From Paraspadella gotoi (taxonomy: Eukaryota > Animalia > Chaetognatha): DNA of 64,000 nt. This document shows positions 24,197-46,385 of the stretch, one piece after another; position 1 is the stretch's first letter; each line of letters opens with the position of its first letter. The position numbers and the translations under genes were made by a program. The DNA lies in NCBI GenBank assembly GCA_051294375.1, contig CM119265.1, positions 7,077,489-7,141,488 on the forward strand, written 5' to 3'. Under the pieces are notes generated by a model. The model was given only the letters and a program-made list of their open reading frames with translations, was not told the DNA's origin and did no database searches.

Positions 24197-25503
24197 AAAT
24201 GTTTTGGAGCATGGATGAAGGATGGTGGATGGCTTATTGGATGTTTGAGTCTGTTTGGTGACAGCCTTTCATGCAGCTAGAATGAGGAAGTTTTAGCCTT
24301 AAGGTACATGTGGACATTGCCTCCTGTTTAATATTTAAAGGATGAAAATTTTTTAGCATTTTTCCTTGATTTATTTTTCGGCTTATGCCTATTTCTAATT
24401 AAGAATCATTCACAAGATGAAAAAGAAAAGGCTAGATTTCCTCACCCTAACTGGGCTGTAATTAATTATTCCGTTCCTTAAAAACTAGAAAAATGTAAAA
24501 CTGAATTAGCTCTTTGTCTTACCCGTTTATATTCCGGCTCAAAATTCTATTAAGGAATTTAAAAAAAGGACCTATGTTTCTTTTAGTTATATTTTTTAAC
24601 GAGGCTCTTTATTCGAGGGGTGCCTTTTATTGGGTATGGCATTATTAACTTTACCGCAGCATTAGAAGCCATAGTTATAGATTGTCAAGTTTGTCCATTA
24701 CGATTTATTCAGACGCTTTGCGAAAACTGATTTTTATACATTTTGAATTTTTATGCGTTGCACAAGTTATACCGCTTCATAATAAATAGAAATAACTTGC
24801 AACTACAATGCAAAATTTAAACATTGTATCGAGCGAATTTTTTAATACTGGGCTTTTAATGGAATAATTATTTTAATTAACAGCATCAAAATGCGATTAT
24901 ATAACCATAACAGTATTAATGCTGTCAATTAAAATAAGGTCCATACCCATTACACACATACTTTTAAATTTAAAAATAATTTTTAATAAACTTATTTATG
25001 AATACTAATTTTAATATTCATCTTCAAAATTAGCTTTTGTGCAATGTTATAAGCAGTGAACAGTTTTAAACTCATATACGTAATATTGGGGTTTTGTGAA
25101 CATCGGTTCTTGCATTCCAGTTTATAAACTAGGAAAATCTCAAGTCAAATAGAATTCACTCCGTACTAATGCTTTTTTTTATTGTGTAATATTATTTTTC
25201 TTCGGCACTTCGAAGAATATTGATATTCATGTTGAAGCGTATTTTATTTTTGTTCAATTGTTTTTATATTGAAAAAGTTTAGTTGTAGTACAATTTTAAA
25301 AATTTTACAGTGATCATGTTGCAATAAATTTTGGTGTAGCTGGAGTATCGTCATTTTTTTTCTACATGTCAAAGTGTACTCAAACTTTAAGCTTCAATTT
25401 TAGCGGGTTTCTCATAGTACGTTACCAAACGGGCTTTTTAAGTGGATCATGAAAATAATTTATTAATCTTGAGAACACTGCATATGTCGCATTAGTGGCA
25501 AAA

Positions 25504-27239
25504 TCAAACCAACAAGGAATTGTCTTCCACCACATAGTCTGAGCCCCAACCCACGACTCCTTTCTCTCCTCCCGTTGACCTTTCGTCTTCCGTTCTCCCA
25601 CTCCCTTCAAGCGGCCCTTCCGTTGCGGCGACCGTTTGCGATAACCCCGCGGCGTTTTCACCCGACGCGCTTCCCGCTGTTTCGACGGAGGCCGCTTCCG
25701 CCGCCTCGGGCTCCAAGTTGGTCGCTGGCGAGACGTGTTCTTCGTCGTCCCAGTCTGGATCGACGTATTCGTAGTAAACGTAGTCTCCTTTCTCTCCCGT
25801 CTCTACCCAGGCCTCTCTCATCCCGCCGCCTTGCACCCACGTTCCCTGCGCCCCGTCCTCTTCTTTGGCGGCGCCGGCTTGGGTCGGTGACTCGGCGTCC
25901 TGAGTTTCGACGCCGGTATCGTAGTCGGGTTCGAAGGCTTCGACGGCGTCGTAAACTTCGTCCGTTGAAGGGTAGTCTGCGCCGTTGACGGGAAGATCCA
26001 TTTCGTCCGGCTTACAGAAAAGGGGATTTTTTAATTTTTTTTCGATCTATTACATTATATTTTTTTTCATCCACTTTCTTTCACAATTTATACCAAATCT
26101 ATATATATTATAGATGTACAATATACATGTATATATATCTATGAAGTTATAACGAATCTCATATTTCTGCGACTCTCATACGAGACGGTTGCCGAGTGAT
26201 TTCTCACCTCCGGACAGGCGAGACATTTGGATTCCTTCTTGCCGTACTCGAGGCACTTGCTGCCGACGCACTCGCAGCATCCGTCGTGGAACCAGCGATA
26301 CTTGGAGGCGCCGAAGGCCTTGCACGACTCCTTGCACTTATCAAGCGCCGTACATTGCGACATGTACATCACGGTGCAGTTTTCGAAGAGATATCCGTGG
26401 GTGTTCCCGGGTTGACCCGGAAAAGGAGAGTCTGTCAGGGCAAGGATCTTTTTCTAAATATCGATTGATTAATATATTGTCATAAAAGATAGATTACCGG
26501 TGGATTCCTGGAAGAGGTATACTCCATCGCCACGATTAGGATGATGCGTTCTTGGCAGAACCTCGTACGCTGGAAAAGTCTCCGAACTCCATCGCAGCAG
26601 AGGATCTTCGCCCTCCGTCAAAGCCTACGTAGGATGACCATTTTTTAGGATCAAACTAATAGATTCTTCCTTATGGATTTACGTTATTTGAACCTTTGAT
26701 TATTTATAATTAAATCTTTAAATGAGCGATTGATTAGTTTTATTGATTGATTAGTAGTTTGCTTTTCTCGTTCACCTCGAAAAGCTCCGGGATGGGATCC
26801 GAAATTTCTTCGACCGTGCTGAGGGACGAGAGGAGTTCATCGGTGATTTTTGGCGGTGGACACAATCCGACGCAACTGCAAAAAATTTCAAAGTTTGGGC
26901 GAAAAAAATAATTTACCATCCATCACTTGACACTGCACCTGCAGCATTGCTCGTAGAGATATTCCAAGCAGATGGTGCAGTTTTTGCAACACGCGCAGCT
27001 TGCTTTATCAATTGTGCAACCACAGGCTTTGGTCAACATACACTTGCTGACCCGGGAAGCGCAGACGTCTTCGTTGCAAGCCTGGAATAAAAAATATTTT
27101 CAGTTGGAAAAAAAATTTACTGACATTTCCGTTACGTTCGAAAGTTGATTTTTACCATTGTTGGATGAAAATATAAAGTTAAAATAAATAGAATCGTAGC
27201 GGCGGTGGACACCAACGATTTTATGGTCGCGTCTTCCAT
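25504..27239 (-). CDS. TWSG1: Twisted gastrulation (Tsg/TWSG1) BMP modulator with a long acidic C-terminal exon (6 exons)
   Basis: Signal peptide from ATG 27239. N-terminal Cys domain CNEDVCASRVSKCMLTKACGC...CACCKNCTICL...QCCSCVGLC, STVEEI..PIPELFEALTEG..LRW, and C-terminal NCTVMYMSQC...CKAFGASKYRWFHDGCCECVGSKCLEYG..ESKCLAC. Confidence 0.93.
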
Positions 27240-28871
27240 CGTATTCAGTCGTGAAAAGGAATGGGAAAAGTGGCTCACGTTTTTTTTTTGGGTTAAAAGC
27301 CCAAAAGGTTGCGAATCGACTTTGAGGAAGCCAGTTTGTGAAAACAATGGAGTCGAAGTCGAAGAAACAAAAACAAGAAATTTCGGGAAAAACTTGAGAG
27401 GAAATAATAAAACGAGTGAGAAGGTGATTTTCACCCTCGCGCTCGTTGAATGGCTCACAAATACGCGATTCAAATTTATTTATTTTGACGACGCTAAAAA
27501 GACTTTCTCTTACGAGACGAAAATTTTTCTGCCCCTGGTTTCATTTTTTTTGGCAAAGCTTATCGCGACCCCCTGCCGATGATTCGCCACACGATGCCGT
27601 AAAACTTGATCGGCAGGTCTTGGGAAGATCGACACTACTACTGCATCTTTACCACTCCTTTTGTTCGAACTACCACTCCGTATCGCGGAGTTCACATTTC
27701 CAGTCTGAGATATCACATTCACAATTGTATCTAACGACGTTTTACTTTAGTTTCTTTCGCGACCTTCCGAGATTTTACTTTTTGACTGCCGTTTTGACTG
27801 CCGTCAGTACGTTCAAAAATTAAATTCTTAATTTTCAGCTCCAGGCAATTTCCATTATTTTCTGAAACGTTACGGTCACAGTCGTAAACTGATATTGTCG
27901 GCGGACAAAATGGCAAGTAATTGTAGGTTTCAAACTAATTATTCCGAACGATTCCTGACTCAATCCAGAATCATTAATATTTCAAAAGAATTTTAATTAG
28001 AGGTCTTTCTCTTCTCCCATTATAGACCATATCGGATAAATTACTTATAACTCACACCTGAGGGGGGGGGAAAGAAAAAAATCGTCTTTATATGTGAGTT
28101 GTATTTAAATTATTCGAGAGTTGTTAATAATCAAATTCTGATTAGTGTGGTTTAAAATTTAGATATGTAAAATTTTCATAGTCGAATTAATTAACTTTGA
28201 AGATGATAACTTTTTTCGTCACAAAAATGGTTTCGTATAAAATGTTAGACGTGGCGTTTCCGACGTAATTTAAAGAAATTAAAATAATGAAAATCCGATT
28301 AGTTAATATGGGCAATTAAGTAGGTGAATTCATTTCGTATTTAAAAAAAAAAATTAATTGGTCGTATGGGTTTAATAATTTTTGCAGTATTACGAGAAAA
28401 GATTTTGCGTATTTACAAAAATAAGTTTGGTTTACAAATCGTGTACTGGTTCTGTTGACTGCCTTGGCTTAGTTGAGCAGCAAAGAATAACTACTCCACA
28501 TAGTGGAACTGGTTATTACCTCAATTATATACACACAAAGGTTAAAAATAGAATGATCCCTTGGATAATAGCTTTGATGATTTATGAAGCCCCATAATTA
28601 CAGGTTTAGCACCGTTTAACAATACCATTCTTATTAACAACGATGTCAATGAACTATGATATAATGATTTCCAGCTACATTTAGAACGCCACACATAAGC
28701 TCGAAGATGAAAATCTATTTTGTAAAATCGAAACCGAAAAATGTAAAAGTGAAAAAAATTTCAAAAAATTATCATTTTAGTGAATTATGGACGATCAAAA
28801 ACGTAAATGATAACTTTTCATCTGTACAATTTTTTATATACAAATATTAAAATACAGTATCAAATCTAATT

Positions 28872-37635
<8,764 letters not shown>

Positions 37636-39312
37636 TTCCAACGTTTTTTCTCGCTTTTTCTTCTTTATTTTTTTTTTCCAGCTCCTTTTTCCTACCTTTA
37701 ATTCCAAATTATTTTTTTCCCCGCCCTTCCCTCGACGTTCCCCTATTTTGTGATTTAACCCCTTTTTTTTTTAAAGTTTTTTTTTTCTTTTTTTTTTCTC
37801 TTTATCTATTCACCAAAGGATGGTTCATTGTCTCCCGCTCTCAAAGGTTTCGGTCCCAATCCTGGATTTTTTTTTTATGTCAGCCGCATTTTTTATTTTT
37901 CGAATTTTTTTTTTCCCACTTTTTTCTCTCTCTTTTTCTGGAGTCGGACGCCTTTCCCTTATTTTCGCGAACGAACTCTAATTGAGGCCACTCCGGTCGA
38001 GATGCGACGCGAAAAGGACGGCCGCGTATCCAGGGAACGTTTCCGTGTCATATTTACCGTAGTGTTGGGTTTGTTGACGTTCTCTGCAGGAAAAAAAAAA
38101 AAAAAATAATTAGTTTCTCATTCCTTATGTTGAATTCGAATTTGCGCTCTTATACTATAGCAACAAATATAGCACTCTCTCCCACTATCTCTTTCTAGTA
38201 TACAGACATTTAATTTGTTTTTTTCGAAAGTCAATGTATGTAAAAAATAGCTCTAGTTTTATGCATGTTTTCGCGTATGGCTTTTGTGTGGCCCTGGTTC
38301 CATTCCGCTTCCTATCTAAAAAAAAAAATCTCTTCGATCCTCGGGTGAAATATGGGATGGGTTTGCGTGGCGCTCCGCGTTGCGTGGCTCCCCGGACGCA
38401 GCGTAGCGTCACATTGCAAACGCGGGAATGGACATCGATTGTACCGCCGTTTGGACCGAGTTCTATTGAAGGCTCCTTTTAAGTTAGTCCTCGCCGTGAA
38501 TCAACCGATCGTTATTCCACGCGGAATGTGACGTCCCATTGGGCGAGACGAGACGAGATTGCATTACGCACACAGCTCACGAGTCGCCAGAAATCGCGAG
38601 AGCGAGAAAAAAAAGAATTAATAAAAAGCCTTCAATTTAATAGAAATTTTCTTAATGTTGCTTCTTTATCTTTATTGTGCAAAGAAGGGACCACCCATCC
38701 ACTGAAAGCGCAATATCCCCATAATTCATTAATTTTAATACGTTTTTTAATGTCGTCTTTAACAGTTGATTTTTTTTTCTAAAGTTGGTAAAAAGGGGAG
38801 TGCCTGGTACACTCGCTGTAAACAATCCTATTTAAAATTCCGAGTTGTCTTTAACTTCAAGACGCATTTTTTCCCCAACTGTTTCCTCATTTTTTTTTTT
38901 TCAAACTCGTCAAAGTAATGGAGCGGAAAAAAAATCTCTGGTCTTCAGTATAAAATATGCGATTCGCTCTAAGATCCTCTCTTTTCAAGCGAACGAATTA
39001 TGAGCCAGAAATCCGACAAAGATAAAAAAAAAAAAAAAACCGAGCCGGGTCCCAGTCTAGATGGAGTCACGCTTCGAGAGCACGGGGCGCGTCTCGGCGA
39101 CCATAGGGCGCGTTTCTGTGTGGGTCAAATCATTTCCTAATATTTCTTTCTTCAATTTGAAACGCGAAAATAATTGACGAGGCTTTCCCCCTCGGCCGAC
39201 AGCGGCTTCCGGCAAATTATGAGGATAATGAGGGAAATGAAAATGTTTAAAATTCTCGCGGATAATTGGGTCCTCGACTCTCGACTCACCGCAAACTCTT
39301 TAAGGTCACGAA

Positions 39313-39364
39313 GTTAATGGTTAATGGTTAATGGTTAATGGTTAATGGTTAATGGTTAATGGTT
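39313..39364 (+). repeat. (GTTAATG)7 tandem repeat
   Basis: Perfect heptamer array. Confidence 0.9.
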
Positions 39365-39660
39365 GTCCGGAAGGAGAAAATACATTTTCAGGCCTTCGGG
39401 CGTCGGAGCATGCGAAGGATTTTTTTTGTGGGAAAACTAAACTCTATTAGAATAGTTAATATTTTTACTTTTATTTTTTTAAGCTTCGGATAATAGTTTT
39501 CAAACGAAAAAAATTATTATTAATTCATATCGCCAAAAAAGCGGTAGCTTTTCAAGAAGCGGCCTGTGCAAAGCCATATAAAATATGTCGCGCACAGAAT
39601 TAATGAGAGAGAGAGAGAGAGAGAGCGGAGAGAGAGAGAGAGAGAGAGAGATAGAGAGAG

Positions 39661-39695
<35 letters not shown>

Positions 39696-40142
39696 TGAGA
39701 GAGAAAGGATAGAGGAGAAGAAAGAGAGATAGATAGCCAAATATGGAATAAGCAATACAGATTCGCGAGCCGAATTTCGTCGGCGGCACGGGCGGCGCGG
39801 CGTCGGCAGCCGCATTGGCAGTTTCGCCGACGTCCAATCAACGAGCGACTGCGAAGCGTGGGACCGAAGCGCCAAGAGACTTGAGAGGGGGGGCGTGAGG
39901 GGAACGCGAGTAGGAATTGGGAAATGGAAAAACGAAAAATGGACAAGCGCCGAACCCGGCATATGAGGGTATACGGCGCGACCTCATAGAGAAAAGAGAT
40001 GAAAGCTTGTATAAATAAATGATTATATAGCGAATGAAAAGGAATTCGAAATATAAAAAGGGTTGGCTGTAAATGAAAACGAAAATGAGTTCGAATCAAT
40101 GAAATATAAATAGAAAGGAAGCGAATTCAAAGACTCTTTTTT

Positions 40143-40272
40143 TTAATCTAAGTTCGAATGAACGCGAGAAAAACAAATTTCCCCATATTTCAACCCCCAT
40201 TCACACACACACACAAAGTGCTCCTTGCCTCCAACGCACTCGAAAGCGGGAGAGACGAGAGAGAGAGGAGAT

Positions 40273-40320
<48 letters not shown>

Positions 40321-40702
40321 ATGAATCTGCCGGGGATATACAGCTCTGATTGTGCTGTATATACAAACGATTGACGGTATTTAGGCCGCATTCGCTTTTA
40401 CGAAAGAAGCGACGTGATTTGATTGTCTCTGGGAGACAGTGTTTTTTTTGGGGGGGGGCCTTTGGCTTATTATTGAAAGTTGGGGGGTAAGGATAAAATG
40501 AGAAATGACCCTCTATCTCCCATTAATAATATATTTTCAGATTTAGATCAAAAACCAAAATTAATAAAAAAAAAAAAAGAAGAGAGATAATCTTAGTTTC
40601 GAATGAACGCGAGAAAAACAAATTTCCCCATATTTCAACCCCCATTCACAACACACACAAAAAATACGTCCCTTGCCTCACACGAACGCAACTCGAAACG
40701 GC

Positions 40703-40791
<89 letters not shown>

Positions 40792-41046
40792 ATCTGCCCG
40801 GGGATATAACGAGCTCTGATTTGCTGTATACGAGAAACGATTGACGGTATTTAGGCCGCATTCCGCTTTTTACGAAAAGACAGCGACGTGATTTATTGTC
40901 TCTGGGAGACAAGTGTTTTTTGGGGGGGGGGGCCTTGGCTTATTATTGAAAGTTGGGGGTAAGGATAAAATGAGAAATGACCTCTATCTCCCATTAATAA
41001 TAATATTTTCAGATTTAGATCAAAAACCAAAATTATAAAAAAAAAA
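40143..41046 (+). repeat. Tandem duplication of a ~440-nt block (about 40143-40575 and 40587-41046)
   Basis: Near-identical text from gttcgaatgaacgcgagaaaaacaaa to gatcaaaaaccaaaat; differences are mostly small indels. Confidence 0.9.
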
Positions 41047-44000
41047 TATATATATATAATAAAAATATAGAATTTGTAATATATGAGTGTATAGGTGCCC
41101 AACCGATTACCTTTCCCATTGTATAAAAAAAAATATTAAAAAAAGAAATAATTAAAAAGTAGGATAAAGAAAAAATGTAATTTTCATTAAAGTATTTTAA
41201 AATTATATTCGTGATATAATAGACCTTTAGACCTTTCCCCAGTATGTATCCCTGTCAGAACATACAATTCTACATGGTAGTCTTATCCCTATTGGTAAAA
41301 AAACATATATAACTTTGTGCCCCTCAAAAATTATCCATTCCCACCCCTTTCTGTCAGCCTCTTAGATATTATGATTTCATAATAACTTTCTAACAGAAAT
41401 GATGTGTGATAAAATTGGTACAACCAATATATATTAGAAAACTAGGACAGATTGTAATCTAACCTTGTGTTGTAAGATGCTCCTCTATTCCCAGAAGACA
41501 ACACTGACTTCCCCTTCCCAAATTAGTTATTAGATATAACGATAAGTAAAAAAAATTTAAGAAAAAAAAATATATATTTGATTAAATAATATAGATTAAA
41601 TACTAAATCCTTCATAAAATATAAAAATAGTAAATAGTGAAACAATATGTATTTGTCAAATTAATTAACAATAATTTAATGTTTGATTTACTTCATTCTC
41701 TAATTTTGTTGGATTTTTTTTTAACAGAAATGTCTCGACTCTATCGCTCGCCTCGTCGTCCAGGACTTCGCTCGTGGTAGGGCTTTGCCCGATTCGGCGG
41801 CCCGTGGTGGAGAGTTTTCGTCGGGTCTCGAACTCACAAACTTTGCGACGGAATTCTCGACTCCGAGAATCGGGCTGAAAAAGGTCGAAAGGCCGGAAGG
41901 TCACGTGATTTGCTCGTGTGATAACGCCAATGTGTCACGTGATTCGGGCAAGCGTCGCGTGATTTAGTCGATACGTCACGCGATTTTCTCAATGGGTCAC
42001 TTGATTCAGACAAAGGGTGAATCTATACACTGTATAGTGTATACTGTATAATGTATACTATAGTATACTATACAGTCTTGTAATTCAGTCCATGATGACA
42101 AGGGAGGGGAACTAACTCTTTAAGCTACTAGCTCTGGAAAGCTATTGAGAAGCCATGGCACAAGATATATTAGGTTAGATTAAAAAGAGAGGCCCTGATG
42201 TGGACGTGATTACTGAGGAAAGAAGGATGGATCTCTGTAAAGACTCACTGGTCAGTGACCGTCGCAAATAAATTGTGTATCGGCCAGAAGTCCACTCCCC
42301 ACTCCCCACTCCCTCACTCCCGTCCCCACTTCCTGCCCCCTCTGAATCGGTCTCGGGACGGGAAGGAAACTTTTATCGGTCGTGTGACTGGGAAACTAAG
42401 AAGTCTTTCGCCAGGATCTGCGTGGCCCGGATTGTGGGCCCGTAACTGCGGGCCACTGGGCCGGAGTTCTGTCTCGTCGTTCGTAATCGCGCGACGAACG
42501 CGTGTTTGTCCTTCGAATGGCACCTGCGAACCTTTATAAACAATTTACACCTGTTTTGCGCAGCGCTGAAGNNNNNNNNNNNNNNNNNNNNNNNNNTATA
42601 TATATAAAAAAAATTATAGAATTTGTAATATATGAAGTGTATAGGTGCCCAACCGATTACCTTTCCCATTGTATAAAAAAAAATATTAAAAAAAGAAATA
42701 ATTAAAAAAGTAGATAAAGAAAAAATGTAATTTTCATTTAAAGTATTTTAAAATTATATTCGTGATATAATAGACCTTTAGACTTTCCCCAGTATGTATC
42801 CCTGTCAGAACATAACAATTCTACATGGTAGTCTTATCCCTATTGGTAAAAAAAACATATATAACTTTGGTGCCCCCTCAATTATCCATTCCCACCTTCT
42901 GTTTCAGCCTCTTAGATATTATGATTTTTCATTAATAACTTTTCTAACAGAAATGATGTGTGATAAATGAAATTGGTACAACCAATATTATATTAGAAAA
43001 CTAGGACAGATTGTAATCTAACCTTGTGTTGTATAGATGCTCCTCTATTTCCAGAAGACAACACTGACTTCCCCTTCCCAAATTAAGTTATTAGATATAA
43101 CGATAAGTAAAAAAAATTTAAGAAAGAAAAAATATATATTTGATAAATAATATAGATTAAATACTAAATCCTTCATAAAATATAAAAATAGAAAATAGTG
43201 AAACAAGTAATTTGCAAATTTCATATAATTTTATTTTTTAATGAATATTATAAATCTAAGACTTAAAATAGTGAAACAAGTAATTTTGCAATTTTCATAA
43301 ATTGTTGGATTTTAGATTTATAATTTAATTGCTTCATTGCTCGAAATATGATTTTTTTATCGGAAGTTTATTTTTAAAACAGATGTTTTTTTTTAAATTT
43401 GATCAGTCCCTCCCTTATTTGGCGAAATGTCTCGACTCTATCGCTCGCCCTCGTCGTCCGGACTTCGCTCGTGGTGAGGGCTTGCCCGATTCGGCGGCCC
43501 GTGGTGGAGAGTTTTCGTCGGGTCTCGAACTCACAAACTTTGCGACGGAATTCTCGACTCCCGAGAATCGGGCTGAAAAAGGTCGAAAGGCCGGAATCGT
43601 CACGTGATTTGCTCGTGTGATAACGCCAATGTGTCACGTGAATCGGGCAAGCGTCGCGTGATTTAGTCGATACGTCACGCGATTTTCTCAAGGGAGTCAC
43701 TTGATTCAAGACAAAGGTGAATCTATACACTGTATAGTGTATACTGTATAATTATACTATAGTATACTATACGTCTGCTATAATTTAGTCCATGATGACA
43801 AGGGAAGAGGAACTAACTCTTTGTCTACTAGCTCTTGAAAGCTATTGAGGGAGCCATGCGACAAGCAATATAGGTTAGATTTAAGAGATGCCCTGATGTG
43901 GCGTGATATTACTGAGGAAAGAAGGATGGACTCTCTGTAAAGACTCACTGGTCAGTGACCCCTCGCAAATAAATTGTTATCGGCAGAAGTCCCACTCCCC

Positions 44001-44300
44001 CTCACCTCCCACTCCCCATCCTCCCACTACTCCCACTCCCCTCCCCACTTCCTGCCCCTCTCTGAATCGGTCTCGGGACGGGAAGGAAACTTTTATCGGT
44101 CTCGGACTGTGGAAACTAAGAAGTCTTTCGCCAGGATCTGCGTGCGCCCGATATGTGGGCCCGTAACTGCGGGCCACTGGGGCCGGAGTTCTGTCTCGTC
44201 GTTCGTAACTCGCGACGACGAAACGCGTGGTTTGTCCTCTTCGAATGGCACCTGCGAACCTTTTATAACAAATTTTACACCTGTTATTGCGCACCTGTAG
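41047..44300 (+). repeat. ~1.5-1.7 kb direct duplication flanking a 25-N gap (42572-42596); probable assembly artefact
   Basis: 41047-42571 is nearly repeated in 42597-44300, with many homopolymer and single-base indels. Confidence 0.85.
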
Positions 44301-45875
44301 CTGCGCGACTTTGAGGGCGAAGGACTGCCCAAAAATGGTCGCATAGCGCCCTATTTTTTTCGTTTCTCATCGTCCTCGCACCGCTTGGTTTCTTCTTTCC
44401 CTTCTTTTCTGAAACGTTGCCCCGCGACACCGCGTGTGCCTCCTCTCTTCATCTAGTACTCGTATACATCCTCCAACAAAATAACCTAACTCACTACGTG
44501 CATCACCTTACAGAGTCATTCGCCTTTTTTCATGTAAACATTTGTTCTTATCAGTCATCGGCTTTCCGCACGTATAATTTTCAAAATTAAGTTTTACTGC
44601 ATAATAATAAATAATACAAACCTCTGCCCTGCGGTAATCTCGCCATATGATAATCATAATCAGGTGAATCTCATCTCTCTCTCTTGCCCATCTCTCTGCG
44701 CGACTTTGAGGGCCGAGGCTGCCCAAAAATTCGATGCGCCCTATTTTCGTTTCTCATCGTCTCGACCCTTTTTTTTTTTTCCTTTTTACGTCGTCTTCTC
44801 TCTTAATAAATCTAAAAATAGATTCGCTTTTATGAACTTGCCCTAAGCATCGCTTCCGCGTTCCTGATCTTTTTTTTCGAATTTCAATTAAGTTATGCAA
44901 AAATCTTCAAACCTCTCATCATATAATCTAATAAGGTAATCTCATAACATGAACTGAAAAAGCTTCACTCATTGTTTTTTTGTTTTTTTTTAAATTTTCC
45001 AACTATTAAACTTTTATTATTATCTCATTACAATTAATCTTAGCGTTAAATATCCGAGTTGCTCTGAGCCAAATGCCCTATGAGGCCTGTTATGCTCCGC
45101 AAGGCTCCCCTTGGCTACTTAATTCAAGCTTTCGAATAACTCTTCTTGTTCGAGAGATTTCCTTCCCTAGTAACTGACTCGACTCTCATCAAGCGTTTAA
45201 CTTCGCCAACTTTAGACCCAGTGGTCGCTCTCGCCAAATCCTCGCTCCGCCACCCACTAGCCACCCTCCGCCGCTTCCGCCCCGCTCACTTCCTCGACTT
45301 CCCAGATGTTGCATTCGGCGACCGAGCAAGACATTTCCGTCTTTCGTCCCAGGGACCTCAGCCGTGGCCGTCTCGCCCTTGGTTACCGAATCTCCTTAGC
45401 AACGGATATCCTTAGCAACCAAACGATAACGCGCGACCAACAACAAGATGGAAATTCTTCGTCCCATTGCGACCGGGATATTCTGGAGAAATAACCTAGG
45501 CGGGGGGGAGGGGCAGGAGAGGCGTGGAGAGGCGAGGCCAGGGAGGCGGGGCTAAAAAAATCGAGTCTAAACTCAAGAGTCCATGGAATTTTTTCTGTAA
45601 AGACGCCAGAGGAATGGAAGCGGCTTGGAAGCGGTTTAGTAGCCGCGATCCAGAAGCAGTTTTTTTTTCTCGTGAATTCCAGAGTTGCGATTCAAAGTCA
45701 AGATCTTGAAAGCGATTTCAAAGTAAATTTACTTCGAGTCATTTAAAGTGTTCTTTTTTTGGAATTTGGAGCTTTAGAACTTTAGAAGGAAGGTTAAGAA
45801 ATTTACGCCAATCTATATAAAGAAAGTTTTAAAGTGTCGTAAACAATGAGATTTTCAAAGGAAAACAATGTCACT

Positions 45876-46385
45876 GAAATTGTACAAACCAATGATAGAA
45901 ATTATCCATTCATTTAATAAATAAGCTATCTTGCCCCTGACTTTGGACAGGCTTTGGTGGTTAAGGCCTCCATCACTCTTACAAGATAATGACATATGCA
46001 GGTCCCTGCAAGCTTTCCAATCAAAGACTCTCTCCACAGTCTCATTTATTCACTCGTCCAGAGTAACCTGGCTTCCCTATCAATGAAGTGGTATAATATT
46101 TCAAAGAATGTTTCAATTGTATGAAAGACCACTCCCTTAAGTATTAGATCGGAGGAATACTTATTATTGTACTCCGCACTTAGCAATCAAAATACAAGGA
46201 GCTGAATTTGTTATGAATTGGTACAACCAATAAAAAATTATCCATTCATTTAATAAATAAGCTATCTTGCCCTGACTTTGGACAGGCTTTGGTGGTTTAA
46301 GGCCTCCATCACTCTTACAAGATAATGACATAGCAGGTCCTGCAAGGTTTCAATCAAGACTCTCTCACAGTCTCATTTATTCACT
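45876..46385 (-). mobile_element. Two further copies of the ~180-bp dispersed repeat (reverse orientation)
   Basis: attatccattcatttaataaataagctatcttgccc(c)tgactttggacagg... is the reverse complement of the 33160-33360 element. Confidence 0.75.

Noticed and set aside
27600-27705. Possible T/WAT-type alternative cholinesterase terminal exon (DWKCELRDTEW*)
   Set aside because: Stops after 11 residues and lacks the Trp heptad pattern; more likely UTR.
42088-42260. C/D snoRNA-like ATGATGA...CTGA and a hammerhead-like CTGAGGA core
   Set aside because: Terminal stem geometry is non-canonical, no guide is evident, the hammerhead GAAA is missing and stem I is poor.
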